Assembly: GCA_016206805.1 (NCBI GenBank) | Contig: JACQQX010000029.1 | Coordinates: 1-51,715 of the forward strand | Source: Candidatus Omnitrophota bacterium | GTDB lineage: Bacteria; Omnitrophota; Gorgyraeia; 2-02-FULL-51-18 | DNA length: 51,715 bases | Direction of reading: 5' to 3' | Part shown: positions 25,927 through 34,316 of the stretch, piece after piece | Layout of the letters: each line of letters begins with the position of its first letter | How positions within the stretch are numbered: the first letter of the stretch is position 1 | Made by a program: the position numbers and the translations under genes | The notes under the pieces: model-generated | The model's database searches: none | What the model was told of the DNA's origin: nothing | What the model saw: the letters and a program-made list of their open reading frames with translations, nothing else

Positions 25927-27593
25927 CGCGCGCTCCCGCTTACGGTGAAAAATGAACCCGGCATATTTTTCGGCACGACCGTCACAAAGAAAAGATAGCG
26001 CCCCAGAAATTCTCCGGTCAGCGCGATCAAAAACGAGACGCCGGCAAAAACCAAAAGCTGCGCCGCTCCGGCGGCCGCGTGCGTGAGAAAATAAATAAGA
26101 TAAACCAGCGGCAGGATGAAGCTTCCCAGCACCAGAAGTCCGATGCGCGTCAGAAAATGACGGTTAAAACGGCGAACCAGGAGCACGGCTGAGTCATAAA
26201 GTTCGGGTGTCTTCTCGCCGCTCAAATGAAACAGTCTCGCGAAAAGGACGAGTAACTGCGCTAAAGCGGCCAAGCCCGACACCCCCAGCCATCCAAAAAT
26301 AGGCCCCAACGTCGAAGCGGAAATTTTTTCATGGCCGCTCATCAAAACATAAATCGAATAAACCACGAAACTAAAAAGAGGCCCCAGAATAAAACCGGTC
26401 AGAAAAAATCGAAGCGGTGTGCGAATCGTGTTCCACGACGGCCGCGCGGGAACCAGGTAAATTTTGGCGCTCGCGTAGATTCCGGCCATGCCGGAGGCGG
26501 CCACGATGCCACCCAAAACCAGCCGGGCCGCCGCCGGAACGGGAAATTGAAAAAAGTTCGCGGCCAGCAGCAAAGTCGCGTATCCTCCTCCCAGAAATGA
26601 GAATATCGTGAAAAAAAGAACTTCGCGTGAAAGCCAGGACCGTTTCCACATGCGCAGCGCTTTGTAGGCAAAAAGCGGCCGGCCCAGATGAAACACCGAC
26701 GCTGAAAGCGCGCCACCGGTGACAATGAGAATGCCGCAAGCGCCGTAAACGAGAAACTCCCGGAGCGGCTGAAGAAATCGAAACACGCCCGATAATAGAT
26801 CTCCCAGCCATAGCGTCAGAAATCCCCCGGCGGCCAGCTGTGTCAGAACGGTCATAAAAATCAGCGAAGTGTGCGGATGTTCCGGCTGAACCCGGTGCCG
26901 GTTGAGCTTGAGCGTCTTGCCGGGCATGTCATCGGGAAGCGTGATCCTTGTCGTGGAAAGGGTGATGCCGGAGTCCGGCAAATAAGGCGCGTCCGCTGAC
27001 GCGTGATTTTCACGCCAGTCTGCGGTGGAAACGGTTTCAATCCGTATCGCCGACTCGGGGCACGCGGCGACACAGGCCGGAGCCATACCGTCGGCGAGCC
27101 TGGAGTGACACATGTCGCACTTGGTCACGATATTCCGCTCGGGATTGAACTGCGGCACGCCATACGGGCAATTCCAGGTGCAGTACTGACAGCCGATGCA
27201 TTCGTCGGCTTTATGCTTGACGATGCCCGTGACTTTATCTTTTTCATAAGCGTCCGTCGGGCATCCCGTCAGGCAGGAGGGGTCCAGGCAATGGTTGCAG
27301 GCCATGGAAAAATGATGACGCTTCGCGTGGGGATAAACGCCCCCCTCAATCTCCCCCACCCGCCGCCAGTTGACGACGGAGGGGTTATTGTTCTGCTCGT
27401 TGCAGGCCACCACACAGCACTGGCACCCCACACAGCGCGACATGTCAAAGTGAAACCGGTACTGCTGGCCCTCCTTGAGCGGCTCCGAGGGGATGAGAAC
27501 GGCGGGAGCGTAAATCCCCTCCTTGTTGACGCGGTTTTTGAGAGGAAGATTGTTGGTGTCGAGCATATCGACCAGCGAAAACGTTTCAGACAT
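25923..27593 (-). CDS. fusion of a DmsB-like 4x[4Fe-4S] ferredoxin domain and a DmsC-like 8-TM membrane anchor
   Basis: Four Cys clusters (CVGCQCCVVAC, CNHCLDPSC, CIGCQYCTWNC, CDMC...CVAAC) are followed by eight hydrophobic helices. Confidence 0.75.
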   Translation of the reverse strand: MSETFSLVDMLDTNNLPLKNRVNKEGIYAPAVLIPSEPLKEGQQYRFHFDMSRCVGCQCCVVACNEQNNNPSVVNWRRVGEIEGGVYPHAKRHHFSMACNHCLDPSCLTGCPTDAYEKDKVTGIVKHKADECIGCQYCTWNCPYGVPQFNPERNIVTKCDMCHSRLADGMAPACVAACPESAIRIETVSTADWRENHASADAPYLPDSGITLSTTRITLPDDMPGKTLKLNRHRVQPEHPHTSLIFMTVLTQLAAGGFLTLWLGDLLSGVFRFLQPLREFLVYGACGILIVTGGALSASVFHLGRPLFAYKALRMWKRSWLSREVLFFTIFSFLGGGYATLLLAANFFQFPVPAAARLVLGGIVAASGMAGIYASAKIYLVPARPSWNTIRTPLRFFLTGFILGPLFSFVVYSIYVLMSGHEKISASTLGPIFGWLGVSGLAALAQLLVLFARLFHLSGEKTPELYDSAVLLVRRFNRHFLTRIGLLVLGSFILPLVYLIYFLTHAAAGAAQLLVFAGVSFLIALTGEFLGRYLFFVTVVPKNMPGSFFTVSGSAR

Positions 27594-27894
27594 GGATGTG
27601 TATTTTTCCGTCTTTTAATTTCACAGGATATGATTTCACCTGCCCCGTCCCCCCGGAAAGCGCGCAGCCGGTTTCCAGGCTGATCTTCCAATTATGCAGC
27701 GGACAAAAAACCGCCTTTCCGGCGACGATGCCGTCGGCCAGAGGCCCCTCCTTGTGGGGACAGCGGTTATCGACGGCGAGGAAATCGCCGCCCAGATTAA
27801 AAAGCGCGATCTCATTTTCCCCGATTTTCACGCGGCGGCCTTCCTTCGCCGGGATGAGTTCCGCGTCCTTCACGACTCTCCAGCCTTTTTCCAC
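27586..27894 (-). CDS. nirD: nitrite reductase small subunit (Rieske-type)
   Basis: CPHKEGPL and CPLHNWK motifs. The GTG start overlaps the nirB TAG by 1 nt. Confidence 0.85.
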   Translation of the reverse strand: MEKGWRVVKDAELIPAKEGRRVKIGENEIALFNLGGDFLAVDNRCPHKEGPLADGIVAGKAVFCPLHNWKISLETGCALSGGTGQVKSYPVKLKDGKIHIHV

Positions 27895-30332
27895 TAGTGA
27901 GCCCCCATCAGCGCGTCGGCGTCCTTCGGCAGGACGAAGTCGCTGAACTGAAGCGGCTGCGCGGGTTTTTTATGCTCGTCCCAGGGATTGACGACTTTGG
28001 CGCGCGCTCTGCTCAGACGCTCCAGGAGCGCTTTTTTCTTTTCTTCGGGAGCCAGCGTCGTCTCGCGGCGGATTTTTTCAAGGCCCACGCGCGGAATAAA
28101 ATCATACGTGCGCTCCAGATACTCGCCGTTTTCGCGGTAATACTGAAAGAAAAGAAGCGCCGCCTCGAAGGCCTCCTCGGTGGTCTTGACGGCGCAAAGA
28201 ATGTCGGCCGAGCGCACGATTTTGCCGGCCGCGCCGCCGATGACCACCTGCCAGCCGCCTTCCATTCCGACGAGACCGATGTCTTTCACTGTCGCCTCGG
28301 CGCAGTTGCGCGGACAGCCGACGACACCCATCTTCACCTTCGCCGGCGTGTAAAGTCCCTCCAGCAGTGTTTCCAGGCGAATGCCCGCCGCGATGGAATC
28401 CTGCGTGCCGTAGCGGCAAAAGTCGGTGCCCACGCAGGACTTGACCATGCGCACGGCCTTGGCGTAGGCGTATCCCGATGTCATGCCCAGGTCCGCCCAG
28501 ATTTTCGGCAGGTCCTCTTTTTTGACGCCCAAAAGGTCGATGCGCTGACTTCCGGTGACCTTGACCATCCGCACGTTGTATTTTTCGGCGGCGTCGGCGA
28601 TTTTCCGAAGCTCACTCGGGGTCGTCACACCGCCGCGCATCCGCGGAATAACGGAAAAAGTGCCGTCTTTTTGAATATTGGCGTGAACGCGGTCGTTGAT
28701 GAAACGCGCCGAGCGGTCTTCCTCATGATCGCCCAGCCACACCTCATCCACGATGAAACTCAACGCCGGCTTGCAGAGGGAACAGCCGACGCCGTCACCG
28801 TAAATATCCAGAACGTCCTGCGCTTTCCTGATTTTTTGCGTTTGAATCATCGTCCGGATCCGCTCTTTCGGGAAAGGAACGCAGGGGCACAAAACGTCTT
28901 TTTTCTCCTCCTCAAACTCGCCGCCGCAAACGGCTTTTAAAATATCCTGCACAAGCCCGGCGCACGTGCCGCAGCCCGTGGAGGCCTTGGTGCAGGTCTT
29001 GACGGCCGAGAAAGTTTTGAGGCCGTTGTCGCGAACGGCCGACACGATCTGCCCCTTGGTCACGCCGATGCATCCGCAAATCGTGTCCGAATCCGCCCGC
29101 GACATGACATCCGACGGCGAGCCCGCCACGGCGGGCGGCGTGTCAAAAAGAAGACGCTGGCGCTTTTCATCCACAAGAGCGCGGCTTCGAATCATTTCCA
29201 AAATCCGGTTGGCGTCCGAGGCGTCGCCGATCAAAATCGTCCCGATCACGCGCTCGTTTTGGACCACCACTTTTTTGTAAATGCCGAAAGCGTGGTCCTG
29301 GTAGGAGACGATCTCCTTGTCCGGCTCCTCGCCCTTAAAGTCTCCCGCCGAAAAAAGCTCGATGCCCATCACCTTGAGTTTCGTGGCCAAAACCGATCCC
29401 TCATAAACCGGCCCCTTGTTGCCGGTGATTGTCGCGGCCAGCACTTTGCCCTGGTCGTAGAGCGGCGCCACCAGACCATACACTTTTTCGCGGTGCTCCA
29501 CGCATTCCCCGACGGCGAAGATATCCGGATCGCTTGTTTCCATAAAATCATTCACCACGACGCCGCGGTTGATTTTAAGGCCCGCCGTTTTGGCCAGCTC
29601 CACATGGGGGCGTATCCCGCAGGCGATGACGACCATGTCCGCCTCGACGATGGAACCGTCCTTGAACATCACGCCTTCCGCGCGGGCCTCGCCCATCACG
29701 CGCGCGGTGCTTTTATTGAGCAGAACGTCGATGCCGAGCTTTTCGATCTCGCGCTTCAAAAACTGCCCTCCGACGGCGTCCAGCTGGACTTCCATGAGGC
29801 GGTCCATTAAATGCACGACCGTGACGTGAACGCCGTGATTGGAAATGCCGCGCGCCGCCTCAAGGCCCAGAAGCCCGCCGCCGATCACCACCGCCTTTTT
29901 GGCGCTTTCGCAGGACTCCAAAATCGCGGCCGTGTCGGCCATATTCCGGAAAGTGAAAACACCCTCTTTTTTGACGCCATCGATGGGAGGGATGAAGGGA
30001 ACGCTTCCCGTCGCCAAAAGAAGCCGGTCGTATGGATGGGGCATTCCGTCCGCGGTGGTGACGATTTTCTTTTGAGCGTCAATCTCCGCCGCGCGGGTAT
30101 TCAAACAAAGTGTGATGCCGCTGGAGCGGTACCACTCCTCCGTGTTGATGGTGATCTCCTCGACGGACTTCTCCCCGGCCAGCACCGCGGACAAAAGGAT
30201 GCGGTTATAATTCAAATAAGGCTCCTCGCTCAGAACCTTCACCTCAAAACCGGGCTTAAATTTTAAAATGGCGTCCAGGCAGGCCATGCCCGCCATTCCG
30301 TTTCCGATTACTAGAAGTTTTGGTTTTTCCAT
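27894..30332 (-). CDS. nirB: NAD(P)H-dependent assimilatory nitrite reductase large subunit
   Basis: FAD/NAD fold (VIGNGMAG), a BFD-like 2Fe-2S domain, and a sulfite/nitrite reductase siroheme domain (CPRNCAEA). I place the start at ATG 30332 (MEKPKLLVIG), preceded by AAGGGTGG. Confidence 0.9.
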   Translation of the reverse strand: MEKPKLLVIGNGMAGMACLDAILKFKPGFEVKVLSEEPYLNYNRILLSAVLAGEKSVEEITINTEEWYRSSGITLCLNTRAAEIDAQKKIVTTADGMPHPYDRLLLATGSVPFIPPIDGVKKEGVFTFRNMADTAAILESCESAKKAVVIGGGLLGLEAARGISNHGVHVTVVHLMDRLMEVQLDAVGGQFLKREIEKLGIDVLLNKSTARVMGEARAEGVMFKDGSIVEADMVVIACGIRPHVELAKTAGLKINRGVVVNDFMETSDPDIFAVGECVEHREKVYGLVAPLYDQGKVLAATITGNKGPVYEGSVLATKLKVMGIELFSAGDFKGEEPDKEIVSYQDHAFGIYKKVVVQNERVIGTILIGDASDANRILEMIRSRALVDEKRQRLLFDTPPAVAGSPSDVMSRADSDTICGCIGVTKGQIVSAVRDNGLKTFSAVKTCTKASTGCGTCAGLVQDILKAVCGGEFEEEKKDVLCPCVPFPKERIRTMIQTQKIRKAQDVLDIYGDGVGCSLCKPALSFIVDEVWLGDHEEDRSARFINDRVHANIQKDGTFSVIPRMRGGVTTPSELRKIADAAEKYNVRMVKVTGSQRIDLLGVKKEDLPKIWADLGMTSGYAYAKAVRMVKSCVGTDFCRYGTQDSIAAGIRLETLLEGLYTPAKVKMGVVGCPRNCAEATVKDIGLVGMEGGWQVVIGGAAGKIVRSADILCAVKTTEEAFEAALLFFQYYRENGEYLERTYDFIPRVGLEKIRRETTLAPEEKKKALLERLSRARAKVVNPWDEHKKPAQPLQFSDFVLPKDADALMGAH

Positions 30333-30466
30333 ACCACCCTTAAAAAAAATCCCCGCCCTGAGGGAGCACCATTGCTCCGCCAAAGCGAGGACATCTTTAT
30401 CCTTGACGATGAATCGTTATAAGCCAGAGTTTATCCGGCCCGTATTACAGTTGGATTAAGCGGAGG

Positions 30467-32929
30467 TTAATTTGGCGATACTCTCACTTTTTCCGGAATG
30501 CGCATTCCGTAAAAGGACTTCCAGACGAAGAATAGGCCGATCAAGAAAAAGACAAAGCCGCCCATGCGGGTAGTGGCGGGATTCATCTTGATCGCGATCT
30601 CGACAGCCAGCATGCCGAACAAGGTCGAGAATTTGATAATGGGGTTCAGTGAAACGGAAGTCGTGTCTTTGAAAGGATCCCCAACGGTGTCGCCGATAAC
30701 GGTTGCGGCGTGGACCGGAGTGTTCTTTTCGCCAAAGTCGACTTCCACCAACTTCTTGGCATTGTCCCAAGCGCCGCCGGCATTGGCCATGTACATGGCC
30801 TGGAATAGCCCAAATACGGCGATCGCGATCAGATAAGCGATAAAGAAATAAGGATCAAAGAGAGCAAAAGCCAGCGTGAAGCATAAAAGGCCGAGAAAGA
30901 TATTCCACATGCCCTTCTGGGCATATTCGGTGCAGATTTTAACCACCATGATCGAATCCTCGCGCCGAGCCTCTTTCTTGTCGAGATTCAAGTGCTTCTT
31001 GATGTATTCCACGGCCGAATAAGCTCCCGTCGTTACCGCCTGAATGGAAGCGCCGCAGAACCAGTAAATCACGGCGCCGCCGCAGAGAAAGCCAAGCAAA
31101 ACCGGCGCCGCGGTGAGTGAGAGTTTTTGATAAAGCAGGCTCTCGCCGATATTCTCGGCCACAGCGCTTCCTCCGGCGGCCGCGACAGCCGCCTCCTGGA
31201 GATGCTCTTGCAACAGGAGGATAATCGAAAAAATCATGGTTGTGGCGCCGGCAACAGCGGTTCCGATGAGCACTGGTTTTGCCGTTGCTTTGAAAGTATT
31301 GCCCGCCGAATCATTGGCTTCCAGATAATGCTTGCCCGTTTTAAAATCCGGCTTGAAACCAAAGTCTTTTTCGATTTCTTTCTCGATGCCGGGTATGTGT
31401 TCGGTCTGGGCCAATTCAAAAATGGACTGGGCATTGTCGGTGACCGGGCCATAGGAGTCGACGGCGATATTCACAGGGCCCATGCAGAGAAAGCCATAGG
31501 CGACAAGACCGAAAGCGAAAATGGAGGCATGCGGCATGATGTTTTGCAATCCCATTCCCGAGATGAGATAGGCCGCGAACATCAAGCTCGCGATGAGAAT
31601 GCCCTTCCAAAATGCTGAGAAAGAACCGGCGACGATACCCGATAAAATGGTCAGCGACGCTCCCCCCTCCCGAGAAGCTGTTACGATTTCGTGGACATGC
31701 TTGGAATGGGAAGACGTAAAGATCTTCGTAAACTCCGGAATAAGAAAAGCGGCCATCGTTCCGCAGGCGATAATGGAAGCCAGCTTCCACCACAACGTGG
31801 GGTCCGGAAGATCGCCAACCAGAAGGTACGACATGCCATAAGAGGTGGAGATGCAAAGAGCCGTTGCGATCATGATAAGGCGCGTCAGCGGCTGTTCAAA
31901 ATCAAACTTCTTGAGCCCCTTGTACTGCCGCTCGGATATGATTTTATTAATGAAATAGGACACGCCCGACATAAAGTCCATCAAGAAACGCATCGCGAAT
32001 ATCCAGACAATCAGCTTGGCTTGAAGCGTCGGGTCCTTAATCGCCAGCGTGATAAAGGAAATAAGCGCCACACCGGTCACGCCATAAGTTTCAAAACCAT
32101 CGGCGGTCGGCCCCACCGAGTCGCCGGCATTGTCGCCGGCGCAATCGGCGATAACCCCGGGATTGCGCGGATCATCTTCCTTGACCTTAAAGACGATTTT
32201 CATGAGATCCGAACCGATATCGGCGATCTTCGTGAAAATGCCGCCGGCGATGCGAAGCGCGCTCGCCCCCAGCGACTCGCCGATGGCGAAACCCAGGAAA
32301 CAATACCCCACGATATCGCGCGGCACAAAAAGAAGGATAGTGACCATCATCACCAGTTCCACCGAAATGAGAAAAAGCCCCACCGACATGCCGGCCCGCA
32401 GCGGAATATTCACCACGTCCCAGGGAATCCCGCGCAAAGAGGCAAAAGCGGTCCGCGCGTTGGCGTAGGTATTCACGCGAATGCCGTACCAAGCCACCAG
32501 CGTTGATCCGGCCATGCCCACGACGGAAAAAAACAGCACCAGGCCCAAAGTGCTCATGGACTCATGCTGAAGCCCGACAAAGTAATACGCCATGGCCAGC
32601 GCGATGATTCCAAAAAGCATGGCCAGGAATTTCACTTGCTGCTTGAGATAAGTCGTGCAGGTTTGGAAAATCGTTTCGGCGACATCCAGCATCGACCGAT
32701 GCGAAGGAAGGGCTTTGATCCGGATAAACTGATAAAGGGACAGCCCTACGGTCCCCAAGATAATCATCGCCCCATAAAGGAGGATTTGAAAACCGGTCAG
32801 TCCGCCAAATAATTCAAAGCGCCCCTCATGCAGATCCGGAATCTTAAGATCCGCTTCACTGGCCCAAGCGGCCCCCTGCGCCGCGAAAAACGTGGCAAAC
32901 CCCATAGCCCGGCGGAAAAAAATCTTCAT
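30467..32929 (-). CDS. hppA: membrane-bound proton/sodium-translocating pyrophosphatase
   Basis: Polytopic protein with H+-PPase motifs (GGIFTKIADIGSDL, DNAGDSVGP, GDTVGDPFKD). Confidence 0.92.
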   Translation of the reverse strand: MKIFFRRAMGFATFFAAQGAAWASEADLKIPDLHEGRFELFGGLTGFQILLYGAMIILGTVGLSLYQFIRIKALPSHRSMLDVAETIFQTCTTYLKQQVKFLAMLFGIIALAMAYYFVGLQHESMSTLGLVLFFSVVGMAGSTLVAWYGIRVNTYANARTAFASLRGIPWDVVNIPLRAGMSVGLFLISVELVMMVTILLFVPRDIVGYCFLGFAIGESLGASALRIAGGIFTKIADIGSDLMKIVFKVKEDDPRNPGVIADCAGDNAGDSVGPTADGFETYGVTGVALISFITLAIKDPTLQAKLIVWIFAMRFLMDFMSGVSYFINKIISERQYKGLKKFDFEQPLTRLIMIATALCISTSYGMSYLLVGDLPDPTLWWKLASIIACGTMAAFLIPEFTKIFTSSHSKHVHEIVTASREGGASLTILSGIVAGSFSAFWKGILIASLMFAAYLISGMGLQNIMPHASIFAFGLVAYGFLCMGPVNIAVDSYGPVTDNAQSIFELAQTEHIPGIEKEIEKDFGFKPDFKTGKHYLEANDSAGNTFKATAKPVLIGTAVAGATTMIFSIILLLQEHLQEAAVAAAGGSAVAENIGESLLYQKLSLTAAPVLLGFLCGGAVIYWFCGASIQAVTTGAYSAVEYIKKHLNLDKKEARREDSIMVVKICTEYAQKGMWNIFLGLLCFTLAFALFDPYFFIAYLIAIAVFGLFQAMYMANAGGAWDNAKKLVEVDFGEKNTPVHAATVIGDTVGDPFKDTTSVSLNPIIKFSTLFGMLAVEIAIKMNPATTRMGGFVFFLIGLFFVWKSFYGMRIPEKVRVSPN

Positions 32930-33036
32930 ACTCCCCCTCGATTTTTTAGGTTCTTATTTACTGACCAACAGTTAAGTAAGATCAATCGGCCCCTATGTTA
33001 CCCCAACACCGCCAAATCTGGCAAATAGGTTTATAC

Positions 33037-33065
33037 TTGGCCAAACCCCACAGATGCTTTACAAT
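33037..33065 (+). promoter_or_regulatory. candidate promoter TTGGCC-17-TACAAT for tRNA-Glu
   Basis: The -35 box is at 33037-33042 and the -10 box at 33060-33065, 14 nt upstream of the tRNA 5' end. Confidence 0.5.
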
Positions 33066-33079
33066 AGCCTCACTTTTCA

Positions 33080-33154
33080 GACCCCATCGTCTAGCCTGGC
33101 TTAGGACATTACCCTTTCACGGTAAGAACACGGGTTCGAATCCCGTTGGGGTCG
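33080..33154 (+). tRNA. tRNA-Glu (anticodon UUC)
   Basis: Hand-folded cloverleaf: acceptor GACCCCA/TGGGGTC, D stem GTCT/GGAC, anticodon stem TTACC/GGTAA with loop CTTTCAC, T stem ACGGG/CCCGT, T loop TTCGAAT. CCA is not encoded. Confidence 0.9.
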
Positions 33155-33181
33155 CTTTTCGTTTCCCCAGCGGGATTCGAA
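33135..33181 (+). repeat. 17-bp hairpin formed by the tRNA 3' half and an inverted copy of it
   Basis: ttcgaatcccgttgggg (33135-33151) pairs with ccccagcgggattcgaa (33165-33181) with one G-U pair and a 13-nt loop. Confidence 0.8.
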
Positions 33182-33318
33182 AAGAGCATTGCGGCCCGCA
33201 GATAAAAGCGACGTGCCACAAAGGCACGTCGCAAATTCCATCCGCAATGCGACTGGCCGACCCGGAACGAGCACAGCTGAGCGGCCGGAGGCCGCGAAGA
33301 CTGCGCAGTGCAGGGCGC

Positions 33319-33336
33319 CGAATCCCGTTGGGGTCG
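33319..33336 (+). repeat. 18-nt direct duplicate of the tRNA-Glu 3' end (att-like scar)
   Basis: cgaatcccgttggggtcg is identical to 33137-33154. Confidence 0.85.
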
Positions 33337-33464
33337 TGGATTCGACTCGGCCCGCTTCATGAAAAATGGAGCGGGCCTCGCTCACCACTGGCGTGGCTCA
33401 CTTATATGGCCGAGGCGAATCCATGGTGAGCGAACGACGAGCCTAGCGAGGAGTGAGTCGAACC

Positions 33465-33728
33465 ATGTGGTATACCTACATTCTTTTGTGCTCAGACCAA
33501 AGCCTCTACGTCGGTTCAACTTCAAATGTCCTTCGTAGATTCGAAGAACACTCGACTGGCCATGGAGGAGACTATACTCGTCAGCGTTTGCCGTTAAAGC
33601 TTATACATTCAGAAAAGCATGTTGATAAGACCATCGCCGAAAACCGCGAAGCCCAAATCAAACGCTGGACTTATCGAAAAAAACTGGCATTGGTGGAGGG
33701 AAATCTCGGTTTACTCAAGAAGCTTTAA
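33465..33728 (+). CDS. GIY-YIG nuclease family protein (YhbQ/UPF0213-like)
   Basis: Contains the MWYTYILLCSDQSLYVGSTSNVLRRFEEH and REAQIKRW motifs. ATG at 33465 (the track gives GTG 33453). Confidence 0.8.
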   Translation: MWYTYILLCSDQSLYVGSTSNVLRRFEEHSTGHGGDYTRQRLPLKLIHSEKHVDKTIAENREAQIKRWTYRKKLALVEGNLGLLKKL

Positions 33729-33830
33729 GTGCTAAATCAATCCGGCCAACAAGCAGTCAAAAAAAGACTTGACCCCTTTACGACCCCTTTACCACTACAG
33801 ATTTGGTATACCACGCCTAAAATAGGTCAA

Positions 33831-33873
33831 AAATCAAAAGAAAAGAGGCAAGGCCAAAAATTCTGACCTTGCC
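33831..33873 (-). terminator. intrinsic terminator after the YjzC-like ORF
   Basis: Stem ggcaagg/ccttgcc (33847-33853 / 33867-33873), followed on the minus strand by tcttttcttttgattt. Confidence 0.5.
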
Positions 33874-33884
33874 CCCGGCTTGAA

Positions 33885-34058
33885 TTAATGCTTAGTCTTG
33901 TCGACTAAGATATAAGTCTCACCTGATCTGCGGGTCGGTGGAAGAGGCTCGTTTTTTACGACGGTCCTTTCAACACCGCTTCGACCGCCTCGTGTTCCAA
34001 TAATTTCATATTGGCCAGAACGAGGGGCAGAAGCACCCGGCTTTAATTGCTTGGGCAT
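33885..34058 (-). CDS. YjzC-like small protein (57 aa), absent from the ORF track
   Basis: Hand translation: MPKQLKPGASAPRSGQYEIIGTRGGRSGVERTVVKNEPLPPTRRSGETYILVDKTKH. This fits the KPG..AP.SG.Y...G.RG...LPPT pattern of YjzC-type proteins. An AGGTGA ribosome-binding site is present. Confidence 0.6.
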   Translation of the reverse strand: MPKQLKPGASAPRSGQYEIIGTRGGRSGVERTVVKNEPLPPTRRSGETYILVDKTKH

Positions 34059-34113
34059 GTTTCACCTGAGCTTTTGAGTTGATCGCCGACTCCAAGAACA
34101 AGAGAACTTTCTC

Positions 34114-34141
34114 TTGACCTTCTTAGAAGCTTACTTATAAT
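34114..34141 (+). promoter_or_regulatory. near-consensus sigma70 promoter TTGACC-16-TATAAT
   Basis: The -35 box is at 34114-34119 and the -10 box at 34136-34141. Confidence 0.6.
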
Positions 34142-34145
34142 ACCG

Positions 34146-34212
34146 AGCCATAGGTTGCAACTATGGCCGAGAGTTATGGGGAGTCGCTAGGCTTCCCTAC
34201 TCTCGGTTTTTT
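34146..34212 (+). ncRNA. candidate small RNA of about 65 nt (promoter, two hairpins, U-tract terminator)
   Basis: Hairpin 1 is gccatag/ctatggc (34147-34167). Hairpin 2 is ccgagagt...actctcgg (34167-34206) with an inner gggga/ttccc extension, followed by TTTTTT (34207-34212). No ORF. Confidence 0.45.
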
Positions 34213-34280
34213 ATTTTACTTCTAATATGTCAATAATTCAAACTTAAAATTAAGTCATTACTGCAAACATGTTTACACCG

Positions 34281-34309
34281 TTGACATCTATCAACCTATA
34301 TGATATAAA
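34281..34309 (+). promoter_or_regulatory. promoter TTGACA-17-TATAAA placed for a leaderless XRE transcript, with overlapping 5-6-5 inverted repeats
   Basis: The -10 box ends 7 nt before ATG 34317. The inverted repeats gttga-n6-tcaac (34280-34295) and tgata-n6-tatca (34301-34316) could be operators. Confidence 0.5.
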
Positions 34310-34316
34310 GTTATCA

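Noticed and set aside
30333-30466. Moco riboswitch or other leader element upstream of nirB (and upstream of moaA)
   Set aside because: I could not recognise the conserved Moco-riboswitch features by eye. moaA has no leader at all, because it is coupled to the porin gene. A covariance-model scan would be needed to exclude it properly.
33319-33345. Second tRNA gene or tRNA pseudogene at the duplicated 3' end
   Set aside because: Only the T-arm/acceptor 3' segment (18 nt) is duplicated. I could not fold any anticodon or D arm, or a matching 5' acceptor strand, upstream of it.
33101-33388. ORFs of 95 and 83 aa antisense to and overlapping tRNA-Glu and the structured tract
   Set aside because: They overlap a well-folded tRNA and repeat/hairpin DNA. 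The translations are Arg/Ala/Ser-rich with no motifs.
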